The notes beneath the pieces are model-generated. The model did no database searches. It saw only the letters and a program-made list of their open reading frames with translations, and was not told the DNA's origin. Made by a program: the position numbers and the translations under genes. A stretch of 63,331 nucleotides of DNA, filler included, from Stramenopiles sp. TOSAG23-2 (Eukaryota): assembly GCA_900128395.1 (NCBI GenBank). It is 57 parts of 57 records of this genome, joined end to end, with 100 filler letters (N's around TTAATTAATTAA, not from the genome) between each part and the next. Parts side by side here need not be neighbours in the genome. Positions count along the whole stretch, not along the records: positions 1 to 1,020 come from LT654006.1; positions 1,121 to 2,140 come from LT654007.1; positions 2,241 to 3,260 come from LT654008.1; positions 3,361 to 4,380 come from LT654009.1; positions 4,481 to 5,500 come from LT654010.1; positions 5,601 to 6,620 come from LT654011.1; positions 6,721 to 7,739 come from LT654012.1; positions 7,840 to 8,858 come from LT654013.1; 49 more parts are not named here. One strand, given 5' to 3'. Below are positions 1-10,571 of this stretch, piece by piece. The first letter of the stretch is position 1, and every line of letters starts with the position of its first letter.

Positions 1-68
1 GTCTGAAGAATTACTAGTTACATACAACCGCTTGGAAGGCGACTATGTTACCACTGCTCCAAAGGTGC
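1..68 (-). tRNA. trnG-UCC: Second, contig-truncated copy of the intron-containing tRNA-Gly(UCC) (exon1 26-68 plus first 25 nt of intron); D-stem degenerate
   Basis: Identical to 454-521 except two D-stem substitutions (GAGC vs GTGT). Offset is 453 bp. Confidence 0.8.
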
Positions 69-355
69 GAGGGAATATTACTACACACTCTGTTCAATAA
101 AGTAGTTGTATATTTTGTCATATCAATAAAGTAGTTGTATATTTTGTCATATATAATAACCTAATATAATACTTTTGTATGTCCTACTTGCATGTCACAT
201 AAAGCTGATACGAACAAGACTGTTTCCATGGAATTGAAAATAAGAAGTAGAAAAGACAAGACTAGAAAAGTATGTTTCCAATGTCAGAAAAAGATGAAAA
301 TTAGTGGAAAGGAAAGGGAAGGAAAAAAGAGAGAAGAGGAAGGGGGGAAAGAGAG

Positions 356-363
356 AAAAAAAA
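356..363 (-). terminator. Pol III oligo-T terminator of tRNA-Gly
   Basis: T8 run on the minus strand about 14 nt downstream of the discriminator base. Confidence 0.6.
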
Positions 364-376
364 TAAGCAAGGTTAT

Positions 377-521
377 TGCACCTTGCGGGAATTGAACCCG
401 CGGCCTAGAAATTTCAAATTTTCAGGATTTTGTTAGAGCTCTGCAGATGTTTTGTCTGAAGAATTACTAGTTACATACAACCGCTTGGAAGGCGACTATG
501 TTACCACTACACCAAAGGTGC
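377..521 (-). tRNA. trnG-UCC: tRNA-Gly(UCC) split by a 74-nt intron in the variable loop (exon1 479-521, intron 405-478, exon2 377-404)
   Basis: Joined exons give a 71-nt cloverleaf: acceptor GCACCTT/AAGGTGC+A, D arm GTGT-AGTGGTA-ACAT, anticodon arm GTCGC-CTTCCAA-GCGGT, variable loop TGCC, T arm GCGGG-TTCAATT-CCCGC. Confidence 0.93.
405..478 (-). other. GT-AG spliceosomal-type intron inside the tRNA-Gly gene
   Basis: Minus strand begins GTATGT, has CTCTAAC with the branch A 28 nt from the end, and ends TTTCTAG. Exact removal restores the 4-nt variable loop. Confidence 0.8.
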
Positions 522-1020
522 GAGGGAGTATTACTACACACTCTGTTATTATAAGAAATGGGATTTTTTTGATATATATAGTCTAATATTTTTTAGCAGG
601 TAAATAGTATTTACTATATGAGGATAGCGTAGCACCAAACAACTTTTCCATCTAGATTCAGAACTTTTTTAAAAAATAATTCTATGGTGCTGTAATGCTA
701 TTTCCTTGCTACAGTAGCGATGTGTCTTTTTGGTTGCGAATTGTGGCTGTTCTTGTGTTTCAGTTGTGATCCAAGCTTCTCATATGAATAACAGGTAAAT
801 AGCATTGAACGCACACTGCCCAAACCTCGACAAACTCCATTTCTCCACCATTAAAATAAATATATATATCCCATAATAGCAACATACATACATATACCTC
901 CCCTGTAACCAACAGACAAAACAGAATATATTGAAAGTTATAATAGATATATATATATATATATTTATATCTTCACTTTTAAATACTTGCAAATTTCAAA
1001 AAAAAAGAAATATATACTAC

Positions 1021-1120
1021 NNNNNNNNNNNNNNNNNNNNNNNNNNNNNNNNNNNNNNNNNNNNTTAATTAATTAANNNNNNNNNNNNNNNNNNNNNNNN
1101 NNNNNNNNNNNNNNNNNNNN
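1021..1120. other. Artificial contig spacer (example; recurs about every 1.1 kb through the window)
   Basis: N44-TTAATTAATTAA-N44, with stops in all six frames. Confidence 0.99.
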
Positions 1121-1249
1121 TTAATAGAGACCCATGTCAGAGAGAGGAGGAGACGACACCTGGGAGACGGAAAATGTATATTAACAGTTTGTAAAATTAT
1201 AATTAATAGTAAATAGTGTTTTAATCATTTAAATCACCATAACCAAATT

Positions 1250-2128
1250 TTACACTTCTACATCATTTAAATCACCATAACCAAATTTTACACTTCTACC
1301 ATCTGCATCATATCTATTTGCTTTTCCACCTTTTGAACGTATAAGTGCAATGATCTCATGGCGAATTGGACTACCATTATATTCATATGCCCTGTCCAGG
1401 GGAGTGTATCCCGCCCTGGACTTCTTATTAATGCTATCAAGAGACATATGAGTTAGTAACAATTCAATCAACTCAGTAGTTGTACTGTTATTACGTGCTG
1501 CTCTATGTAATGCATTAAATCCATACCTATCTGCAATATTAGGATCAGCTTCACCTTGTTCAATCAAATATTTAACTACTTGGAAATGTTCGCCCCATGC
1601 AGCTATCATTAAAGGTGTATAATAATAACCACCTTCACTATCTGTACCGAGTTGATTCACGTTTTCTCTCAATGTCATATTATTACCCTTCATGCATGTA
1701 ATAAATAATTTTACATCCTCAAAACGTCCTTTTTCACATGCACATACCAATGGAGTGCCTTGTGGAAATTCAGTTTTATAACCAACATTCAAAAGATTCA
1801 AAATATTCCTATAACAATTCGAAATATTACTATTATATACATCACGTATTGTCGGTACAGTTAAAAATCGTTTTGTTGTTTTTCCAAACATATTCATTAA
1901 CGCTTGACCATCGTTACCAAGATATGGTATAATAGTTTTTACACATATATCATCAATACCAGGTAGTTTTGAAAAGTCGCGCTTTACCACTGTATTGATA
2001 CAATGTTTACTTTGTTGCTTTATCAGTTTCAAATGTATTATAGATTCGATCCGTTCTAAAACATCTTTCTTGTTTTCTGGTGTAAGCTCACCATTGGTGC
2101 CATTATTAGATGATAGTTTATCATACAT
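1250..2128 (-). CDS. Ankyrin repeat protein
   Basis: GTPLVCAC, YTPLMIAA..EHFQVVKYLIE, NALHRAA and YTPLDRA ankyrin motifs. Confidence 0.9.
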   Translation of the reverse strand: MYDKLSSNNGTNGELTPENKKDVLERIESIIHLKLIKQQSKHCINTVVKRDFSKLPGIDDICVKTIIPYLGNDGQALMNMFGKTTKRFLTVPTIRDVYNSNISNCYRNILNLLNVGYKTEFPQGTPLVCACEKGRFEDVKLFITCMKGNNMTLRENVNQLGTDSEGGYYYTPLMIAAWGEHFQVVKYLIEQGEADPNIADRYGFNALHRAARNNSTTTELIELLLTHMSLDSINKKSRAGYTPLDRAYEYNGSPIRHEIIALIRSKGGKANRYDADGRSVKFGYGDLNDVEV

Positions 2129-2242
2129 TGTATTAATAAANNNNNNNNNNNNNNNNNNNNNNNNNNNNNNNNNNNNNNNNNNNNTTAATTAATTAANNNN
2201 NNNNNNNNNNNNNNNNNNNNNNNNNNNNNNNNNNNNNNNNAT

Positions 2243-3260
2243 ACAAATACAAATGTCACTGAGCATGATCAATTAGATGATTGTACGATATGTGGCGCAG
2301 GTAAATATAGCACAGGTACTGGAGCAAGTGCTAATAGCACGTGTGCCAATTGTCCAATAGGCACGTATATGGATCCTGGTAATAATGGAAACAATGCGTC
2401 GCAACATAACGACGAAAGTGATTGTAAACAATGTGAAAAAGGTAAATATCAAGATACTGTAGGTCAAACGTCTTGTGATATATGTATAGCAGGTAAATAT
2501 CGTGAAACACCCGGAACTAGTGCTGCATATAACAGTAGTAATGCTAATAATGATGGTTTGGATGCGTGTAAGGTTTGTCCAGGTGGCAAATATTTAGAAG
2601 ATGATGGAACACCAACCGCCTATGAACATGATGAACTAGACGATTGCGAGGATTGTCCAGTTGGTCGATTTGGTGTAAATACAAATACAAATGTCACTGA
2701 ACATGATCAATTAGATGATTGTACGATATGTCAACCAGGTAGTGTTACAGATACATTATCATTATCAGGTGGAACGAATTGTACGGATTGTAATGCAGGA
2801 ACTTATTCACCAAACTCTCAAACGGCGTGCCAGGATTGTGATCCAGGTAGTATTACAGATACATTATCATTATCAGGAGCGACAAATTGTACGGATTGTG
2901 ATGCTGGTAAATTTTCACCAAACTCTCAAACAGCGTGCCAAGATTGTGATCCGGGTAGTGTTACTGATGGTACAAATTGTACAGCGTGTTTGATTGGTAC
3001 ATTTTCACCAAATTCTCAAATTAATTGCAGTAATTGTTCAGCTGGTACATATAATGATTTAAATACTGGTATTGCTAATTGTAAAATCTGTCAACCAGGT
3101 AGTATTACAGATACATTATCATTATCAGGTGGTATAAATTGTACGGATTGTAATGCTGGTAGATATTCACCAAACTCTCAAACAGCGTGCCAAGATTGTG
3201 ATCCGGGTAGTATTACAGATACATTATCATTATCAGGTGGTACAAATTGTACAGCGTGTT
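2243..3260 (+). CDS. Cys-rich repeat (GCC2/GCC3, ephrin-receptor/TNFR-like) extracellular protein, internal fragment
   Basis: Repeated CxxCxxGxY/F units, with near-identical DNA repeats encoding CQPGSITDTLSLSGGTNCTDC. Confidence 0.85.
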
Positions 3261-4480
3261 NNNNNNNNNNNNNNNNNNNNNNNNNNNNNNNNNNNNNNNN
3301 NNNNTTAATTAATTAANNNNNNNNNNNNNNNNNNNNNNNNNNNNNNNNNNNNNNNNNNNNACTTGATTATTTATATTTTGTACGTCCCTATTTATACCAG
3401 CTTCGTCTTTTTGTAGTCTTCTTCTTTGTGTTTTGTAAAAAAAGGGGACGAGAATGTTGGTGTAGAAATGTGTATATATATATATATATAGTATAATGTG
3501 TATGGATGTATTGTAATATTGTAATACAAATGTGTGTATACGTATTACATATATATGTCACATATATTTACATGTTAATTAAAATGTGTATAGTGCTATA
3601 TGCATAGTATACATAATATAATGAATACAGTAAAAATGTATAATGAATAAATAAGAAGAATAATTGTTGTTTCTTCTTGATGAGCTGCTCACATAGGGGA
3701 AATATAAGACCCTTACGTTTAACACTACCTAGTGATTTTTAAGGGGTCCCAGTATGAAGAAATACTGTAACTGTACTGTAGTATGATTTAATGATTTCCT
3801 TTTGCTTCTTTTCTCTCAGGCTCCTTTTACAGAAAGATCTGCTATTGTACCTTCTACTATGTAGTATGTATTCCTTACTAATTTCACATGGCATGCAATT
3901 ACGTTCCACTGCTACTCTGGGTACTCTGCTTCTTTTATCATCTTATACACTTCGTTGGAAAAAACCCTAAATAGCAAAAGTAAAAGTTTAATATCTAAGT
4001 AAGTTCTCTTTAACGTTCCGGTGCCATTGTACATTGATGTTTGTTAGCATTTAATGCCATTACTTTATTGGCTATTTTGTTGATGTTCAAAAACCCCAAC
4101 CACACAGATGGTGCATACATTACTGCACCATCCTCGTACTTTTTCCTACAATACAATATTGCATAGGAACAAAGTAACTGATGTTTCATCTTCATCTTCA
4201 CCTCCTTTGTTTCCTGATCTTTCCTCTCTTTTTTAAATTCTCGCTTGCCGAGGTATTTTGCTCGTTATTATCCATCAAAAAAATATATTTTTTAAGGTAC
4301 AAATATCACTGAGATAAGCGTGAGCCTATGAACGTTAACGTTATAAACCATATAATACGCAGGGAATACCATTAGCATTCNNNNNNNNNNNNNNNNNNNN
4401 NNNNNNNNNNNNNNNNNNNNNNNNTTAATTAATTAANNNNNNNNNNNNNNNNNNNNNNNNNNNNNNNNNNNNNNNNNNNN

Positions 4481-5344
4481 CTTAGTCTTTTAGAAACGAG
4501 TGTGTCATCTAGTACCATGATTTCTGGCACCTCGTGCATTTTTACATTTTGTTTAGCTTATTATTGGAAACGTGAACAATTTAATTGGTATAAAGTATTA
4601 AGTATTTTTTTAACAATTTTTGGCATGGCATTAGTTATTGCAAGTGATTCTAATGATAAATATAATCGTGGTACATGTACATATAATGGTTTAAGTAATA
4701 GTAGTAGTAGTAGTAACAACAACAACAACAAAAATCAAGATATATCGAAAGAGGTTTCACCATCTCTCCTTGGTGATTTATTTGCATTCATTGCAGCAAT
4801 ATTCTATGCATTATATATTGTCAATATTGATACAAAATTAGAAAAAAATAATTCTTTTGAAGATCTTGCATTATTTTTAGGTTATGTTGGTTTACTCGGT
4901 TTCGTCTTTTGCTCACCAATTGTTCTTATATTAAGTGTAACTGGTGTAGAGAATTTATCTGAATTATCCATCGGTACACTTTTCATGGTTTTTTGTAAAG
5001 GTCTATTTGATAATGTTTTAAGTGATTTATTATGGGCAAAAGCTGTTATTTTAACTTCCCCAACTGTATCAACAATAGGTATAAATATGACAATTCCTTT
5101 ATCGATTATAAGCGATTGGTTTTGTGGTAAAACTTTATTATTTGCACATTTTCTTGGTGCCATTTCTATGACATCTGGATTTATTTTAATTAATTTACAC
5201 AATAATAATAAGGACGCAGATGGTAATAATAATAATAGTCGCAGTGTTGACAATAATGATGGTGATGATGGAAATGTTACAACCGATAATAGTTATAAGA
5301 ATGATGGTGGTATTATGACTGATAATATTGTTACAGAATTGTAA
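4481..5344 (+). CDS. SLC35F5-like DMT/EamA transporter, 3' part
   Basis: TSVSSSTMISGTS, LLGDLFAFIAAIFYALY, VLSDLLWAKAVILTSPT motifs and multiple TM helices. Confidence 0.85.
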   Translation, partial: LSLLETSVSSSTMISGTSCIFTFCLAYYWKREQFNWYKVLSIFLTIFGMALVIASDSNDKYNRGTCTYNGLSNSSSSSNNNNNKNQDISKEVSPSLLGDLFAFIAAIFYALYIVNIDTKLEKNNSFEDLALFLGYVGLLGFVFCSPIVLILSVTGVENLSELSIGTLFMVFCKGLFDNVLSDLLWAKAVILTSPTVSTIGINMTIPLSIISDWFCGKTLLFAHFLGAISMTSGFILINLHNNNKDADGNNNNSRSVDNNDGDDGNVTTDNSYKNDGGIMTDNIVTEL

Positions 5345-6969
5345 GGTAGTGAGAGTATAAAAGAGAGAGAGGGCATACACGTGTGTGTACACAACTGTGG
5401 ATGAAATATTTTAATATTTATAAATGATGGGTATATACTTCGTATGTTCGTACACAATGCAAAAAAATACACACCGAAAAGTATATTTACATATAAAACA
5501 NNNNNNNNNNNNNNNNNNNNNNNNNNNNNNNNNNNNNNNNNNNNTTAATTAATTAANNNNNNNNNNNNNNNNNNNNNNNNNNNNNNNNNNNNNNNNNNNN
5601 ACTAATGGTGGATGGTTATTTTGAATATCTGCTTTTATATATTTGATTTTCAAAAACATTAATAAGTAAAATATATTTATCATTATCAGGTAAAAAAAAA
5701 AGTTTCTATCATTTTTACGGCAAAACGATTTTCTTTTAAGAAACGGCATATTTTAATGTTATTTACGTCTATGTGTCGTCTTCTATTGTATCTTGTACGA
5801 GATATTTGATGGATATCTATGTCTTCTAGTTGTATTTCTACGTATACCATTATAGTAGTTTCTGTGATGAACTCAGGTAATCCGTAATCCAAACATAAAC
5901 ATACAGTTATACAGTGTAAACAAATTGAGGTCGTTTATTTCATCCTATAATTAGGAATAATAATAACTGTCGCTGTGTTGTCGTGCTAAAATACTCCAAT
6001 GGACAATGGTAGCTCTACAGTATATATTTATGTTGTACTGTAGCACTACTGTATGCTATGTATGTGCTAGTAAATACAATGCTATGTAGTGTATACCTCT
6101 CCCGAGCAGGTAAGACGGTGTGAAACACGGTTTTGAAACACTTTCTTTTTGTAATGTGCTACATGTAGATTTATTACTGAGGTTTGACCACCCATTTGAG
6201 TAGCAAATAACAAAGGTGGTTCTCGATCTTCTAATACTGTACAGTATTACATTATAATTATAGTTGTTTTGATATTCTATTTGATTATTTGTCTTTTGGA
6301 AAAGGCTGTTAAGTTAAGATATCATAGAAGTATCATTAGAGCGACTCATAAATTATTAAACCAATAAATTTATCCAAAATAATAATAAGATTGTTAAAAT
6401 AACACGGTACAGCACTACAATAAGCAGTTGTTCTACCACCAGTTGGTAGTTCTAAAAAATAATATAGCTACTAGTAGATAAATCTAGAAGAATAAATAGG
6501 GACAAGTAATAATTATAAAACTACCACAGGACATACATATAATACTAAAAAAAATATATATACAGTATAAATAGATATAAATAGATAGTATGTACATAAA
6601 ACATATACATACAAATAAAGNNNNNNNNNNNNNNNNNNNNNNNNNNNNNNNNNNNNNNNNNNNNTTAATTAATTAANNNNNNNNNNNNNNNNNNNNNNNN
6701 NNNNNNNNNNNNNNNNNNNNTATTTTCATCCAATGCAATGGTATTTATTATACAAGATATATAATAATGGTAATAATAATCCTAAATATATTGACAAGAA
6801 GTATTAAATATTAATATTATATTCTATATTCTATCTATAGTGCTATTATAATATTAATATGTATATTCAATAAAATATATTATTATTTTTATTGCCAGCA
6901 GCCCTAAGGCCAGATGCCAGATTTAGATTGGTGGCACGTTGTTGCATTCTGGCATTCCAGCATTCCAGC

Positions 6970-7009
6970 ATCATTGGTAGAGAGGATCCGGATCCTCTCT
7001 AATCATTGG
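6970..7009. mobile_element. 24-bp perfect palindrome flanked by an 8-bp direct repeat (hAT-like minimal element or footprint)
   Basis: ATCATTGG-[TAGAGAGGATCCGGATCCTCTCTA]-ATCATTGG. Confidence 0.55.
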
Positions 7010-7402
7010 CATTATTGAAATTATTGATTGCCAGATTGCATGTTTTAGTATAATAATACCGCTAATGTTTTAGTGAGCCCTATAACAGGCTACGAGCTGA
7101 TGGCTGATGGCTGATGGCTAGCTCCCTTATAACCTAATAGGAACTGTATATATATACTATTCAGTATACAGTATACGTATAATGTCCCTACCGTCAGATC
7201 AGAGAGGACAGTGTACTTACATGTTCACCACATCAGTTATTTCCTCCAATTTATTATATATATCAGCAGTACACATTTTTTACTTAGTATGTGAAGAAAA
7301 TGTTAATGTTCCGGATTCCATACACTATGTATATTTAAGAGAATGACGTATAATATATATTTTCGATTGTTTATTGCCTTTTAATATATATATATAATAA
7401 AA

Positions 7403-7739
7403 ATGAGAAGACGAAAAGAACAGAAAAAGAATATTAAAGTCTTGGATAGAAATGATCAAACAAATAATCAATATGATAATGATGAAATTATATTATTAGA
7501 TAATAGTAGTAATGATGATGATAATACGATTATTGATGAAGATAATGGTGAAATAGATGATTCGAATATGATATTTGATCTAGATGATGAAACATTTCAT
7601 GACAGTAGTGAAACAGATGAAGAATTTATTAAAGCACAAAAACAGCATGAAGAAACGTCAGCAATTTCATGAATGGGCTGAGGCATCAAGCGAATTTTCT
7701 AAAAAATCAGCAATTTTAAGAAATATTAAGCAACGCATT
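7403..7739 (+). CDS. Acidic hypothetical protein, 5' part, apparent frameshift near 7655
   Basis: ORF 7403-7672 overlaps a second frame that continues KRQQFHEWAEASSEF to the contig end. Confidence 0.45.
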
Positions 7740-8180
7740 NNNNNNNNNNNNNNNNNNNNNNNNNNNNNNNNNNNNNNNNNNNNTTAATTAATTAANNNNN
7801 NNNNNNNNNNNNNNNNNNNNNNNNNNNNNNNNNNNNNNNCATAATGTGCCAGGTTAAGGTGCCAGGCATGCAAATAATCTTTTTTTATTTTGATGATATT
7901 ATTATTAATAAAATATAAAAAAGCACTTCTTCTGTTATACTACTTATATACTTATTATATATATCGGTTTAGGTTGTTTGTGTAATAAAGGCTGTAAAAC
8001 AATATTATATAATAGATACTGTATGTGAAGACTAAAAACACACGGTGAAATTGAAATATTCAATTTTATAATTAATATACATAACATTTAACACCAAGTA
8101 TTCTTGATGTTTAAAGGGAAAAAAGAAACAAAAAAAAAAAGACACTACAGCTTGTTGTAAACTAATATAGATATATAACT

Positions 8181-8858
8181 ATGTTAAAAAACATAAGATT
8201 ACCATTTAATTATGTCGTCGTACCCGTACGTTCTAGAATAATGGATAGGAATATAGTTTATTTTTATAATATAGCATTTTTTATTACTTCAATAGTAGCA
8301 ATTGTAATTTTCATTTTTGGTTTGAAAGGTTGGGCAGATTTTACACCAATAATTGCTGGCGCAAACATGTGGATGAATAACCTTGACGAAACTGTCATCA
8401 ATTCCACTTCTGCCCCTATCTATTGCGACAATCCAGACTATGATTATATTTATGACTCACAATGGAGGTATGATAAAAATTCTTGTATTGATAAGCCTGT
8501 GAATGAAATTTTTAACAAAGGCAGTGGTATGCCAGGGGCTTTTTGGACCACAACTTACGAAACAGCAATGACGCTTAAAAGTAGACAATGCAATGCCACG
8601 TCGCAAATATGCAAAGGTCATTCTGACAAAATTGCAACTCAAAACTTTTTTGTAAAGCATGTGGAAAAGTATTCTTTATCTGCTCAAATTAATGCTGAAG
8701 TACCATATTTACAATATGATGGTAGAACAGATAATGCAAAACTTTTTTTTGAAATGCCAAATGGAACCGTAGTTCAAATACATGACACAAATAAACTATT
8801 GATTAAACGAAAAATAAGTGAATGGTTAAAATATTTTGGAATCGAAAGTTTAGATACA
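8181..8858 (+). CDS. P2X-receptor-like channel, 5' part
   Basis: Short N-tail FNY..V...IMDR, one TM followed by KGW, and a Cys-containing ectodomain with FWTT and FFVKHVEKYSL. The layout resembles protist P2X proteins. Confidence 0.55.
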
Positions 8859-9161
8859 NNNNNNNNNNNNNNNNNNNNNNNNNNNNNNNNNNNNNNNNNN
8901 NNTTAATTAATTAANNNNNNNNNNNNNNNNNNNNNNNNNNNNNNNNNNNNNNNNNNNNCATCATGGATGAAATGTTTTCAAAAAACACCACTTTTCGTTT
9001 TTTCTCCTTCTTATTCTAGACTTATTATATATATCTTGAATAAATATAATATATATTAATTAATTTGTTGAGTTGGATGGATAGATGACAAATATATATA
9101 TTATTATTACTATTATTATATGTAAATATATAAATAAATATATATATATACACCATATAAG

Positions 9162-9692
9162 ATGGATAAGAAAAAAAGAAAAAGTGGTGGATCGTCGTCT
9201 AGTTCAAGTGGTAAAAAAAGGCAAAGGGCACAGAAAGTATCATGGGAAGATATTAAATTTGTACAAAATCTTATTGAACGGTGTTTATTGCAATATATGA
9301 CGCAAGCTGAAATTATAACAGCGTTACAAGCACAGGCAAATATTGATCCTGCTTTCACATGTTTGGTATGGGAAAAGCTTTTGGATCAGAATCGTGATTT
9401 TTTCTATTTATATGGAATTAAATTACGGATGAAAGATCAAATAGTTGCATTTAATTATCTCGTCGACCAACATGTACAACTTTTAAAAAGTGTTGGTGGT
9501 GGAGCTAATAATTCTACTGGTATGTTTAATGGTGAAGAAATAACAAAACAAGCAGCATCTTTATCGAAAGCACTTGAAATTGAAACAAATATTGATTCTG
9601 GAACAACAGGTTCAAATAGTAGTAAGAACAATACTTCAACTACTAAATTGCCATCTCCTACTACTGCTGATACAGATAAATTCTTTGCATAA
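9162..9692 (+). CDS. A_thal_3526 (TIGR01589-type) domain protein
   Basis: VQNLIERCLLQYMTQAEII..L..QANIDPAFTCLVWEKL..QN.DFF..Y signature. Confidence 0.85.
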   Translation: MDKKKRKSGGSSSSSSGKKRQRAQKVSWEDIKFVQNLIERCLLQYMTQAEIITALQAQANIDPAFTCLVWEKLLDQNRDFFYLYGIKLRMKDQIVAFNYLVDQHVQLLKSVGGGANNSTGMFNGEEITKQAASLSKALEIETNIDSGTTGSNSSKNNTSTTKLPSPTTADTDKFFA

Positions 9693-10079
9693 TATATATA
9701 TTTTAAAAATAAAAAAAAATAATGATATAAAGTTTAATGATGATTTATCATTAGTATCATTATGTGTGTGTGAGTGTGTTATATGTTTTAAATCTGAAAA
9801 TTGTACGCTTGTATGATACGAAGCTTCGTATTGATTATCAAAAATATTTTATGATATATATATATATGTATATAATTTTCTCTTACTCGTATACTATAAA
9901 TAAAAAATATTTTATATTAAATATATTTATATACGAAAGGAGCTCGCAGCTTCCAATTGGATTTCTACTACGTAAACNNNNNNNNNNNNNNNNNNNNNNN
10001 NNNNNNNNNNNNNNNNNNNNNTTAATTAATTAANNNNNNNNNNNNNNNNNNNNNNNNNNNNNNNNNNNNNNNNNNNNTT

Positions 10080-10571
10080 TATAAAGCAAATGGTACCGAA
10101 CAACCAGCTGATTCCTTTTTATTTGGCGTCAATACCCAAAGACCAGAATTACAACCTCCACCTTACACTGGATATGGCGACAAGGAAGATAGTGATTTGA
10201 ACTGGAAACGCTTAATACCAAAGCAACCTAAGAAAGATTACAATCGTTTCATCGGTAAAGATGGCCAAGTTCTACGTTACACGGCTAAATTAAAAACGGA
10301 TAACCCAGATGATGCCATGCGTAGATTTGTCATTTCATATTTCTTAAATGATGAAACATTAAGAGTATATGAACCACCAGTAAGAAATAGTGGAATTGTT
10401 GGAGGAAGGTTTTTAATGAAAAGGAAATATTTACAAGATGATCAAAGTGATTGGATAGGACCAATACATTTACAACCAGGTACTAATGTTATATTGAATA
10501 AATTTGAGTTTGAAATCTTAGGTTGTGATGCATTTACAAAAGACTTTTTAGCAATGATTTCGAAAAAATAA
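10080..10571 (+). CDS. EFHC1/2 (Rib72) DM10-domain axonemal protein, 3' part
   Basis: PPYTGYGDKEDS, VLRYTAKL, RRFVISYFLNDET..VYEPPVRNSGIVGGRFL, D.FT. Confidence 0.9.
   Translation, partial: YKANGTEQPADSFLFGVNTQRPELQPPPYTGYGDKEDSDLNWKRLIPKQPKKDYNRFIGKDGQVLRYTAKLKTDNPDDAMRRFVISYFLNDETLRVYEPPVRNSGIVGGRFLMKRKYLQDDQSDWIGPIHLQPGTNVILNKFEFEILGCDAFTKDFLAMISKK

Noticed and set aside
192-395. 67-aa ORF on the plus strand
   Set aside because: Low-complexity purine tract antisense to the tRNA 3' exon and terminator.
405-478. Canonical or BHB-type endonuclease tRNA intron
   Set aside because: Not at position 37/38, and the required 4-bp central helix does not form in either register.
1065-1076. Regularly spaced TTAATTAATTAA as a CRISPR-like or biological repeat
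   Set aside because: Always centred in N runs; it is an artificial six-frame-stop linker.
3820-3838. CCTTTTAC as U5 snRNA loop I
   Set aside because: Lacks the invariant preceding G and a clean closing stem; it follows a polypyrimidine-CAG and looks more like an exon start.
3959-3971. AAACCCTAAA as a telomerase RNA template or telomere
   Set aside because: A single short match in AT-rich DNA with no supporting structure or promoter that I can identify.
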